Shown one piece after another: positions 28,394-36,259 of a stretch of DNA of 44,373 nucleotides. Within the stretch, counting starts at the first letter, position 1; every line of letters begins with the position of its first letter. The notes beneath the pieces were generated by a model. That model was not told the DNA's origin. It made no database searches and saw nothing but the letters and a program-made list of their open reading frames with translations. A program made the translations under genes and the position numbers. The DNA comes from a virus, in IMG/VR virus record IMGVR_UViG_3300045988_033491, positions 1 through 44,373 of that record. One strand, 5' to 3'.

Positions 28394-28614
28394 TGTGCGC
28401 CCTCCTTTGGTTCCCATTTACTACACGCCCGACGACCTCGGACGATATGCCATTGATAATGCGGGCAACGTAAACAAATTGGTTTCCCGTTCAAATCCAA
28501 ATGCCGTAAATCGTCAGTTATCCACGACGAAAAACGGCACGTATCGCAAATTTCGTTTATCCATTTCGGTTGCGATTGTCCCGGACGTACCGGGGCGGTT
28601 CTTTTCTTTGCCAT
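28390..28614 (-). CDS. Small Cys-rich (zinc-binding-like) protein (74 aa).
   Basis: ICDTCRFS...NGKPICLRC...ACSKWEPKE. Paralogous pattern to 29665..29913 and to the C-terminus of 30396..31418. Confidence 0.6.
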   Translation of the reverse strand: MAKKRTAPVRPGQSQPKWINEICDTCRFSSWITDDLRHLDLNGKPICLRCPHYQWHIVRGRRACSKWEPKEGAQ

Positions 28615-29297
28615 TATTGCAACCCTCCCTTTTCCGTTAATACTTTCGCATACTCGGCGGACTGCAATTTGTCGGCGACTGCAAACAACAGGTCGTCGGG
28701 AATTGCTTTAACATCATATTTGGGTTTATCGTCGTCCGTTGACGAATTAACGCCCGGTATCTCAATTTTAACCGGGGCGTCGAACCCTAACATTTTCGCC
28801 CGGCGTTGTTGAATGTTCAAAAGCAAATCCAAAAACCGGGGGTTCCCGGCGGACGTTTCGGTTGCGGTTTCATTGTACCCGTAATATTCCGGGTCGGCGT
28901 CCTCGGCATCCGTTTTGATTGGTCGCCCTTTATTGGTTTTCTCTTTGGTGCGTTGTTTTCCGGTTTTGGATACCTCCCACGCCTCCCACGCTTGTTGCTC
29001 CATTGCGTCCAACTTTCGCAATTCCTGTGTAACGTAATCGTCGATATTATCCAACCGTTCCCGCTTCCATTCGATAAGCGTTTGTTGTAAGTCATAATAA
29101 ACCATTGCCAACGAAATTGTATAACCCGCATTTCGTTTGAGTAAATCGGCGTTTAATGCGGCGACAATTTCCCGGTATGTATATCCACGTAAAAAAAGAT
29201 TGGAACAAAACGAAATATCGTAATCCCGTTGTTCCTCGGTTCTTTTGTTGTATCCGGCGGGCTTCCGGTTCTTATTGCCCGTTGTCAATTTTCCCAT
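28614..29297 (-). CDS. terS: Terminase small subunit (putative).
   Basis: 227 aa. It is the first gene of the late block, 2 genes upstream of terL. HTH-like segment (GYTYREIVAALN) followed by a helical region. Confidence 0.55.
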   Translation of the reverse strand: MGKLTTGNKNRKPAGYNKRTEEQRDYDISFCSNLFLRGYTYREIVAALNADLLKRNAGYTISLAMVYYDLQQTLIEWKRERLDNIDDYVTQELRKLDAMEQQAWEAWEVSKTGKQRTKEKTNKGRPIKTDAEDADPEYYGYNETATETSAGNPRFLDLLLNIQQRRAKMLGFDAPVKIEIPGVNSSTDDDKPKYDVKAIPDDLLFAVADKLQSAEYAKVLTEKGGLQ

Positions 29298-29571
29298 TGT
29301 TCAAACCTCTTTTAATGTTCAAACGGGGTAAAAATTAGCCTTTTCGCCTTTTCGTCCTTTGGTTGTTTCCTTTGTCCTGTTTTTGGCTTTCGCTCCTTTT
29401 GGCTTTCTTTCCTCCGGTCGTCGGTTCCTCGGCTTTGTTCTTACTCTGTTTGCCCTCCTTAAAACGTTACTTACCCTTTACAAGTTATTTGCGGGGAATT
29501 TCCATTTTAAGAGGCTTTTGTTATTAATCCAATACTTTGTATATCTCGGCGGTTATCTTTTAACCACGGGG

Positions 29572-29603
29572 CAAATTTACGGCTTTTCCGTGGGTTATCC
29601 AAT
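29572..29603 (-). promoter_or_regulatory. Candidate late promoter (-7 TAAATTTG, imperfect -33 ATTG, 20-bp spacer).
   Basis: Plus strand has caaattta at 29572-29579 and caat at 29600-29603. It lies in the 367-bp non-coding gap upstream of terS. Confidence 0.35.
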
Positions 29604-29630
29604 TGGTTGTCCTCTCATGTATATAAACGG

Positions 29631-29656
29631 CAAAACCCCGGCTTTGTTTTCCGGGG
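29631..29656 (-). terminator. Rho-independent terminator ending the early block.
   Basis: Minus-sense CCCCGG-aaaacaaag-CCGGGG followed by TTTTG, 9 nt after the stop at 29665. Confidence 0.6.
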
Positions 29657-29664
29657 CTATTGCT

Positions 29665-29913
29665 CTATTGTCCTATTCCGTTTTCGTACTTTCCGTTTGA
29701 GCAACGAAAATGCGATTGCGTACCACGGGGGTTGGTGTATTCCGTTCCCCCTTTTATAATCTTACCGACCAAACAAACCGGGGCGGGTTTTCCATTTACC
29801 GGAAATTCCGGGTTAAAATGCCGACACGTTCCGCATATCTTTTCGGGACGTTTACCCGGTGCGCATCCGGTCGGCGTATCCGGGATTTTATCGGAACAAC
29901 TGTTTTTACTCAT
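29665..29913 (-). CDS. Small Cys-rich (zinc-binding-like) protein (82 aa).
   Basis: An internal ATG at 29913 of the 131-aa track ORF, giving an 8-nt overlap with the upstream stop. ICGTCRHF...NGKPAPVCL...FRCSNGKYE. Confidence 0.55.
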   Translation of the reverse strand: MSKNSCSDKIPDTPTGCAPGKRPEKICGTCRHFNPEFPVNGKPAPVCLVGKIIKGGTEYTNPRGTQSHFRCSNGKYENGIGQ

Positions 29914-30388
29914 TGCGTCGCCCTCCCTTGCGTTTGTTCTTTCCCCGGCGTTTATCCCGTGGGTTGCGCCGTGGCATTTCGACCCTGTGTATTTCAACTT
30001 TGGAACCGGGGAACATATCGCCGAAAAATTCCGCCATTGCTTGCACCTCCTTTGGAACATCGAACGCCTCCGGTTTCTTGTATTCCCTTTTGCGTTCCGG
30101 TTCCGGTTGACGTTTCATTTGTACATCCGGGCAAATTTCCGTAAGCGGGCAACCCTTACAACTTGCGGGGGTTTCTTTACCACGGTTCAATATGGCGTCC
30201 CGCTTCTTTTCATAATCGGCGGTACGGAACCCGTGCCAATCGTCCCTTTTTGCGCTATTCCGGGCGAACTGTCCCATTGCTTCGATTGCAACGCCCGCCA
30301 ATATGTAATCCGGGGTATCGTTAAACTCTCTTTCTAATCCGTGGCGGTTAATCAATTCCGCCAATTCTTTTGCAAATTTTTGTTTCAT
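29906..30388 (-). CDS. Hypothetical protein with a basic C-terminal tail (160 aa).
   Basis: ATG at 30388 directly preceded by AAAAGAGCG. The C-terminus is RRNPRDKRRGKNKRKGGRRNE. Confidence 0.7.
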   Translation of the reverse strand: MKQKFAKELAELINRHGLEREFNDTPDYILAGVAIEAMGQFARNSAKRDDWHGFRTADYEKKRDAILNRGKETPASCKGCPLTEICPDVQMKRQPEPERKREYKKPEAFDVPKEVQAMAEFFGDMFPGSKVEIHRVEMPRRNPRDKRRGKNKRKGGRRNE

Positions 30389-30395
30389 CGCTCTT

Positions 30396-31418
30396 TTAAT
30401 TTTTAGGTTTATATTCTTGGCAACGGAATATTCCGCACGATTGTTCGGCTTTGAACGCTTCGCAATATCCGTTCCCGTTTATGTCCTCATTGGTAAAATT
30501 GGCACAATCGCCGCAACCGTTGTTCTTTTCGGCAATCTCTTTGGCGTATCCGATTGCGTTCATTGCCTCCCTGTCAATTTCGGCGGCTAACAAAGCCCCG
30601 GCAATTGCCAATCGTTCCTTTTCGGGTTTTGCGGTTGTCTTATGCCACCAATCCCACGACCAACCGGAACGTCCGTAATACTCCGGGTCGTTTTTGATAA
30701 GGGCGGCGGCAACGTCCAACAATTCCCCGGCGGCGTTTTCCCGGTTGTCGTAATCCGGGGTTCGTCCTAACTCAATTTGTCGTTTGCGTTCTGTGGCAAT
30801 TGCACCCATGCCAATACGGGGGAATGTTGGTTTGCTGTCGTAATTTCCAACGGTGTGTATTCCTTTGGGTTCAAATTCCCGGTTAAAATCACGTTCCGGG
30901 CGGGCAATCATTCGTCCGTTAGGTTCCCGGACAATAAACCAACTTTCCGGCGCATCAATGAAAATGCCGTTACCGTCGGCAAAAGTATAAACCGCCCGTC
31001 CGTCCGGGGTTCTCGGCGTCGTCATTGTTCCGCCTCCGGTAAATCTCAACAGGTCGTCCACGTTATCCCGGCGAACTTGGATTGCGTCAACCTCTAACAA
31101 GGTACGACAATACCGGGTTCCCGCCGTGGCGTCCGGGTCAACTAACCGGGTACGGATTTGTTCCGGGTATTCCGTCGGGTCGTATGCCATTTGGAACACA
31201 ATACCCGTGTCCGTAACAACTGTATCTTTGAGGCGTCCGCCCGCACGTCCGGCAACGGCGTTTTTCATCGCCTCAATTTCACGGGACGAACAACCCCAAT
31301 TGTTAACCGTAATTTCGTAACCGTCGTTTTGTTCCTCAACGGCGGGTTCTCGCTTGGTTATATCTCTAATCATAACCAACAATTCCGCATCAAACGGATT
31401 TAATTTGCTTTCTTTCAT
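30396..31418 (-). CDS. Hypothetical multi-domain protein (340 aa) with a C-terminal Cys-rich module.
   Basis: ATG at 31418 preceded by AAAAAAAAAGAGCG. The C-terminus is GCGDCANF...NGNGYCE...CGIFRCQEYKPK. Confidence 0.7.
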   Translation of the reverse strand: MKESKLNPFDAELLVMIRDITKREPAVEEQNDGYEITVNNWGCSSREIEAMKNAVAGRAGGRLKDTVVTDTGIVFQMAYDPTEYPEQIRTRLVDPDATAGTRYCRTLLEVDAIQVRRDNVDDLLRFTGGGTMTTPRTPDGRAVYTFADGNGIFIDAPESWFIVREPNGRMIARPERDFNREFEPKGIHTVGNYDSKPTFPRIGMGAIATERKRQIELGRTPDYDNRENAAGELLDVAAALIKNDPEYYGRSGWSWDWWHKTTAKPEKERLAIAGALLAAEIDREAMNAIGYAKEIAEKNNGCGDCANFTNEDINGNGYCEAFKAEQSCGIFRCQEYKPKN

Positions 31419-31716
31419 CGCTCTTTTTTTTTAATTGTTTAACTGCGTTTTCTTTCGGATATGCTAACCGCCAAAATATTGTCTTTCGGTCGGTTCTGTT
31501 GTACTTATCGCAATGCAAGTGCGCCCCGGTGCAAACGTCCCGTCCAATCCTACAACGGACGCACCGTTGGCAAAACAGGGTTCCGGGACTATCTGCCAAC
31601 CGTTGTGCGGCTTTCGTCCAAACCTCGGCAATAATAACCATATCGTTATAAACGGCACGTTCGCCGGGCTTGTATTCCTTTTCCGGGTCGAATTGCTCCG
31701 GTTGTTTTACTCTCAT
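31390..31716 (-). CDS. Hypothetical Cys-rich protein (108 aa).
   Basis: ATG at 31716 in an ATGA overlap with the upstream stop. FCQRCVRCRIGRDVCTGAHLHC. Confidence 0.6.
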   Translation of the reverse strand: MRVKQPEQFDPEKEYKPGERAVYNDMVIIAEVWTKAAQRLADSPGTLFCQRCVRCRIGRDVCTGAHLHCDKYNRTDRKTIFWRLAYPKENAVKQLKKKSDERKQIKSV

Positions 31717-31904
31717 TTCCCCGCCTCGCTTACATACTCAAACAAAGCGGTAATATTTTCGTTGGTTCCGCTTACCGTTATGCGGGCTTCGCCCTGTCCG
31801 GCAATCCCTAATTCGACAACATCACAATCAAACCGGGGGGCGTTTATTTGCAACATACCCGCCGTTGTGCTGTTTACTATCTCCGTTCTTGTTTCCTTTT
31901 CCAT
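31713..31904 (-). CDS. Hypothetical protein (63 aa).
   Basis: The first ATG is at 31904, preceded by TTGAGCGAT; the track start at 31913 is TTG. Confidence 0.5.
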   Translation of the reverse strand: MEKETRTEIVNSTTAGMLQINAPRFDCDVVELGIAGQGEARITVSGTNENITALFEYVSEAGK

Positions 31905-31986
31905 ATCGCTCAATTATTGAGTACAAAATTAATAATTCCAACCGATATTGTAAGCCGGGGGCGTGGAATTATTCGCCCCCGATTAT

Positions 31987-32322
31987 TCATTTATTGCGTT
32001 TTATCCATATAAACCGGATACCAATGCCAAAACAGAACGCCCGCAATTCAACATCAACGTAACGGTCGTAACCGTTAACGGCGTCAATCGTTAATCCGAA
32101 TTGCCAACTATGATATTTAATATATTCCCGTGCATACAAGGCAAACCCCAACCGCCCAATATGACAACGCAATTGGACGTCGTGGCGTGGCGGGATAATA
32201 TGCAATTCGTTTTGGCAATACTCGGTTCCTGTTTGAATGTCCCGGTATATTCCGGCTCCTATTTCCTCGACTTTGATAACAACTCCCGACGTTGTGCGGG
32301 CTTTCTTAATATTCTGTTTCAT
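31987..32322 (-). CDS. Hypothetical protein (111 aa).
   Basis: ATG at 32322 in an ATGA overlap with the ASCH gene stop. Confidence 0.6.
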   Translation of the reverse strand: MKQNIKKARTTSGVVIKVEEIGAGIYRDIQTGTEYCQNELHIIPPRHDVQLRCHIGRLGFALYAREYIKYHSWQFGLTIDAVNGYDRYVDVELRAFCFGIGIRFIWIKRNK

Positions 32323-32819
32323 TTTTCAACCTGTGTTAATTCGTAACTTGCTTTATCCATAACCATTGCCACGGGATACGGCAAAATACAATCTTTTGAG
32401 TAAACCAAATTGTAAATCCCCAATTGCCCCTTAACAGGAAATTCGATAACCCGGCGGGGGTTCCGCATCAACCACCCGTACCCCTTTGTTATCGCCTTGC
32501 GTTTCTCCGAGGGTATCCGGGTTTGCGCCCAATCAAACGGCGTAAATTCCGACACGGGTTTAATGTCGTATAACTCGACCAACCCCAATGTAACCCCGTT
32601 TTCGTATCCCGGCAAATCCGGGTTCTTTGAGGAACAAATTAACAGGTCGCCCCGGTAATTTGTGTACTTACTCCGTACCTCAATAGATTTTTCCGCAAAA
32701 ACAAATCCGCCGTCCTCAAACGCCGCCGTTACCAACTGCGTTGCATACGGGTTTTTTACGGTTAATGCCCGCCAACGGTCGTGTTGTGCGGGGTTATAAT
32801 CTTTGTTATTAAACTGCAT
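32319..32819 (-). CDS. ASCH (PUA-like fold) domain protein.
   Basis: 166 aa. ALTVKNPYATQLV...KSIEVRSKYTNYRGDLLICSS matches the usual ASCH N-terminal pattern. It overlaps the radical-SAM gene by 11 nt. Confidence 0.65.
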   Translation of the reverse strand: MQFNNKDYNPAQHDRWRALTVKNPYATQLVTAAFEDGGFVFAEKSIEVRSKYTNYRGDLLICSSKNPDLPGYENGVTLGLVELYDIKPVSEFTPFDWAQTRIPSEKRKAITKGYGWLMRNPRRVIEFPVKGQLGIYNLVYSKDCILPYPVAMVMDKASYELTQVEK

Positions 32820-33663
32820 TTTCGTTGTTGTTTTCGTTAAACAAATCGTAATTCGCCGGGACGCAATAACCGGGCAATGTTTCCCGGTCTAACCCCGCCG
32901 CATTAACAATACTATCTTTCCAATATATCCGGGGTTTCCCGTCGTGGGTATTCCAATAATCGGCGACGTCGTAATAAAACCCCAACGTTTCCTTTTTGGT
33001 GTATTTTTGTCCGCTCTGCAACCCTATCTTAAACAGGTCAACGAACGGGTACGACAACGCAATTACAGACAACGCCCGGTCGAACATTCCCGCCGGGATT
33101 GGTTCCACGCTTACAAAGGTACGGAACCCGTGCCGTTTTGCCCTTGCGATTGCTGTTATACGCATCCGGTTTGGGCTTGCTTTAGGTTCCAATTCATCGC
33201 ACCCGGTCAACGTTGCACCAATCGCAATGCGGGATAAATCCCAACCCTCGGACGCCTCGGCAAAATCAATAAACCCGTTTATCCCCTCGGCGCATTTGCT
33301 CAATATCTTAACCGGGACGCCGTGGCGTTGGCATACGCCGACCGCTTGGCGGGTCAACCGTTCCGTTTCCGGCAACAACGGGTCGGTCGTGAATGAAAAG
33401 AACAACCCGGTTTTCTGCAATTCCTCCTTATGCTTCAACAATTCGTTCTTAAAAATGTCGATTGCAAACGGCGGTTCCCGCAACGTCTTTTTCAACTCCG
33501 GGCGATTGCCGCCCAATACTTTTGCGCCACGACCTTTGCGTAAAAAACAGTACGTACAACCATTTGAACAACCGACAAAGAAATTGGCGGCGTTCTCGGC
33601 GTATTCCGCCGCTTTACCCTTTGGGCTATAAATAACCCGTCCGTTTATCGCTCCCATACTCAT
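32809..33663 (-). CDS. Radical SAM protein (SplB/COG1533-like).
   Basis: 284 aa. The CX3CX2C motif GCSNGCTYCF is at residues 31-40 (nt 33547-33570). FFSFTTDP and the overall size fit the DNA-photolyase-like radical SAM group. Confidence 0.7.
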   Translation of the reverse strand: MSMGAINGRVIYSPKGKAAEYAENAANFFVGCSNGCTYCFLRKGRGAKVLGGNRPELKKTLREPPFAIDIFKNELLKHKEELQKTGLFFSFTTDPLLPETERLTRQAVGVCQRHGVPVKILSKCAEGINGFIDFAEASEGWDLSRIAIGATLTGCDELEPKASPNRMRITAIARAKRHGFRTFVSVEPIPAGMFDRALSVIALSYPFVDLFKIGLQSGQKYTKKETLGFYYDVADYWNTHDGKPRIYWKDSIVNAAGLDRETLPGYCVPANYDLFNENNNENAV

Positions 33664-33668
33664 ACAGA

Positions 33669-34085
33669 TTAAAACGGTAAATCGTCTGTTTCGTTTGGTG
33701 CGGGTGCATCCGGGGCGGGCGGCGGCGGGGCTTGCGTTCCGGCTCCGGTCGCTTTCGGGGTCAACATTTCCATATCGGTTGCGACTATTTCGGTAATATA
33801 CCGTTTTACGCCGTTGGCATCGTCATAACTCCGGGTTCTCAATTCCCCCTCAATATACAGTTTATCCCCCTTATGGACGTATTGTTGGGCGACCTTTGCC
33901 AACCCGTTTTGCAACACTATATTATGCCATTCGGTACGCTCCGGGATTTGCCGCCCGTCTTTCGTTGTAAACGCCCGTTTTGTGGTTGCCAACGTGAATT
34001 GCGCCACACAACCGCCGTTGTCGAAAGTCTTAAAATCGGGGTCTTTTCCTGTATTCCCCAATAACGTAACTTTGTTAACACTCAT
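33669..34085 (-). CDS. ssb: Single-stranded DNA-binding protein.
   Basis: 138 aa. OB-fold pattern VNKVTLLGNTGKDPD...TEWHNIVL...GDKLYIEGELRTRSY, a Pro/Ala linker and an acidic tail ending DDLPF. Confidence 0.9.
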   Translation of the reverse strand: MSVNKVTLLGNTGKDPDFKTFDNGGCVAQFTLATTKRAFTTKDGRQIPERTEWHNIVLQNGLAKVAQQYVHKGDKLYIEGELRTRSYDDANGVKRYITEIVATDMEMLTPKATGAGTQAPPPPAPDAPAPNETDDLPF

Positions 34086-34272
34086 GTTTTTTATCTTTTA
34101 ATTGTTCGTAAACTTTGGCGTTCTCAATCAATTGTTCAAATGCAGTTTCGCCAAATAAATAAATCAATTCCAAATACTCAACGAATTGTTCCCGGTCGTC
34201 CGGTGCGATATAATCCGGGGCAATACCCCGATACGCTTGTAATGCTTTTTGCATTAATTCAAAACCTCTCAT
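34075..34272 (-). CDS. Hypothetical protein (65 aa).
   Basis: ATG at 34272 preceded by AAAAGAGCGAAAAA. It overlaps ssb by 11 nt. Confidence 0.55.
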   Translation of the reverse strand: MRGFELMQKALQAYRGIAPDYIAPDDREQFVEYLELIYLFGETAFEQLIENAKVYEQLKDKKHEC

Positions 34273-34327
34273 TTTTTCGCTCTTTTGGTTAATACTCTAC
34301 GCATAACCAATTTAAGCGGGAAAAGGT

Positions 34328-34681
34328 TTATTTGAACTTAACGCCGTCGAACAAATAGGTTGTTTTTCTATCCGACCAACCCGCCGCCGTGTTTAGGGCT
34401 TTGCGGTCGTCGTCGTGTACAAATTCGCAATACCATGAATTGCCGCCAACATTCGCTTTCTCTTTGAGGCGTACCAATTTCCCGACAATGTACCGGGCAA
34501 ACTTGGCGTAACCGCTCGTTTCGGATATATGAATAATGCGGCGTTCTGCATTTATTTTCGGCAATTCTTCGATTTGCGGGGCTTTCTGTTCTGTTGGGTA
34601 TGTTTGTACCCTTTGGAAATCTCGTTTAATAGAACGCTTTGAAATAGCCCCAAAATCGGGCGTTCTTTTTTTTGTTCTCAT
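34328..34681 (-). CDS. Hypothetical protein (117 aa).
   Basis: The first ATG is at 34681 (MRTKKRTPDF...), overlapping the upstream TAA by 1 nt; the track start at 34693 is TTG. Confidence 0.6.
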   Translation of the reverse strand: MRTKKRTPDFGAISKRSIKRDFQRVQTYPTEQKAPQIEELPKINAERRIIHISETSGYAKFARYIVGKLVRLKEKANVGGNSWYCEFVHDDDRKALNTAAGWSDRKTTYLFDGVKFK

Positions 34682-35085
34682 TATCTTTTGCAATTTGGGT
34701 TTAATTGTCCCATTTTAGACAATGCAACCCGTTTTCGGGTTATCGGGTTATTAGAATTTTGTTTGCGGGTACTCCAACGCAAGTTATTGGCATTGTTGTT
34801 GGCTCGGTCGCCGTCGATATGGTCTATTTCCGGCAAATTTTCCGGGTTCGGAATAAACGCCGCCGCAACTAATCTATGTAACCGAAACGTTTTGCGCTTT
34901 TGGTTTACACATAGAATAACGCCTTTGTAACCCTCTTTGTCTGTATGCGGTTTCAATATTCGCCCTTTCTTGTTGTGGCAATTCTGCAACCGACCATTTA
35001 CAACCATATCTTTAGAACGAACACGCCCGTAATTGCTAACCTCGTAACGGTCGCTATATCCGTCTATCACTTTCCAAACTTCCAT
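34681..35085 (-). CDS. HNH homing endonuclease (NUMOD4 + HNH_3 type).
   Basis: 134 aa. WKVIDGYSDRYEVSNYGRVRS (NUMOD4-like) and HRLVAAAF...IDHIDGDRANNNANNLRWSTRKQN (HNH). Confidence 0.85.
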   Translation of the reverse strand: MEVWKVIDGYSDRYEVSNYGRVRSKDMVVNGRLQNCHNKKGRILKPHTDKEGYKGVILCVNQKRKTFRLHRLVAAAFIPNPENLPEIDHIDGDRANNNANNLRWSTRKQNSNNPITRKRVALSKMGQLNPNCKR

Positions 35086-35512
35086 ACTCCCTTTTTATTA
35101 ACTCTATCGTTCTAACATTGCCCGGATAAATACGCATTTTAGTTTTATCCCCGTTCTCCCATTGGCTATGATGCTCAAAGCAAAGTATATTAATATTTCT
35201 TGCATCGTGCGCCGCCTCCGGGTATGCGCCACGGGTCAAAATGTGGGAACAATATACGGCGGAATAATTGCGTAACGGTTTCAAACATTCCTCGCATTGG
35301 TGCGGCTTGTTATCCCAAACCCACCTAAAAAACCGCTCGTTTGCCTGTGGAATGTTTCCACGCCCGAAAACACAATGCCCGAACAATTCCCGTTGTATCG
35401 CAACCCGTAATCGTATATCCATGCGAAAATTACGAATATCCAACAGGGGATTATACCCCCGTTGGATACAATAATCGTATTCGTCCCGGTCTGTCAACAA
35501 ATACGGCTCCAT
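35054..35512 (-). CDS. NinG/Rap-like HNH-type endonuclease (putative).
   Basis: The first ATG is at 35512; the track start is TTG. CEECL...SHILTRGAYPEAAHDARNINILCFEHHSQWE resembles the HNH/NinG pattern. Confidence 0.5.
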   Translation of the reverse strand: MEPYLLTDRDEYDYCIQRGYNPLLDIRNFRMDIRLRVAIQRELFGHCVFGRGNIPQANERFFRWVWDNKPHQCEECLKPLRNYSAVYCSHILTRGAYPEAAHDARNINILCFEHHSQWENGDKTKMRIYPGNVRTIELIKREYGSLESDRRI

Positions 35513-35516
35513 TGTT

Positions 35517-36212
35517 CTACATATTTGCCGTTTCGTCGTCCTCGGTTTCCTCGTTATCGTTGCCCTCGGCGGGGTCGTCAACGGACGGGAACAAATCGTT
35601 TTCCGGTTGCGCTGTCAATCCCGGTGCGGGTTCGCCGTCAGCCCCGAACAACTCCAATTGCGCCTTTTTGCCCTTAAACAAAAATTCGTAAACCTCGTTT
35701 TCAATGTCGGCGGCAATTTCTTCCAATTCTTCCTCAAATCCGAACGTTTCCGTATTGAACTTTAGGCGGGGCGAATTTATTGCCGTCTTTTGATTATTCG
35801 ATACCGTAAACAATCCCGTTAGAACAACGCCAACGTTATCGTCTTGACCGGAAAAGGACACGCCCCGAACCTCTATGTTTTTCAACATTTCGTCGGCGAA
35901 ATTACGGGCGGTTTCCTGTTGTTTTTTGTTGGCTTTGAAATCGTCGGTTTCAATCAACGTTAAAAACGACGTAATGTTGAATATCCGACCCATGATTGGG
36001 CGCAACCTGTCAAAGCAATTACGCAAATCCGGGTGTATATCCTTTGCGCTTTCGACGTGGTATTTGTTCGTATAACTTTCGTTTCCGACCGTTTCCGTAA
36101 CCTCATAGTGTACGTCCAACCCGCCGTCCTTTAATGTCTTTACTTTAGACAACGCAAACGCCTTTTCGGACGGTATCAACATTACGTTTGCTTTTTTTTC
36201 TTCGTTACTCAT
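35517..36212 (-). CDS. Hypothetical protein with a strongly acidic C-terminal tail (231 aa).
   Basis: ATG at 36212. C-terminus DDPAEGNDNEETEDDETANM. It lies downstream of the Toprim gene. Confidence 0.7.
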   Translation of the reverse strand: MSNEEKKANVMLIPSEKAFALSKVKTLKDGGLDVHYEVTETVGNESYTNKYHVESAKDIHPDLRNCFDRLRPIMGRIFNITSFLTLIETDDFKANKKQQETARNFADEMLKNIEVRGVSFSGQDDNVGVVLTGLFTVSNNQKTAINSPRLKFNTETFGFEEELEEIAADIENEVYEFLFKGKKAQLELFGADGEPAPGLTAQPENDLFPSVDDPAEGNDNEETEDDETANM

Positions 36213-36259
36213 ATAATTGCAATTATATTATTGCGGGGGAACCCGCCCCCGCTCGGTTT

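Noticed and set aside
29359-29700. A 113-aa hydrophobic plus-strand ORF in the only large gap lacking a minus-strand gene, possibly a real membrane protein gene.
   Set aside because: It starts at TTG with no nearby ATG. Its hydrophobicity matches the T-rich strand bias. It spans a minus-strand terminator and promoter-like box, and no plus-strand promoter motif lies upstream.
30396-31418. A MazG-like or dNTP pyrophosphohydrolase call for the 340-aa protein, based on an ERKRQIELGRTPDYD...GELLDVAAAL segment.
   Set aside because: This is only a vague resemblance from memory to E-x-x-R-Q / G-x-T-x-x-D helical motifs. There is no supporting catalytic pattern that I can verify, so the protein is left as hypothetical.
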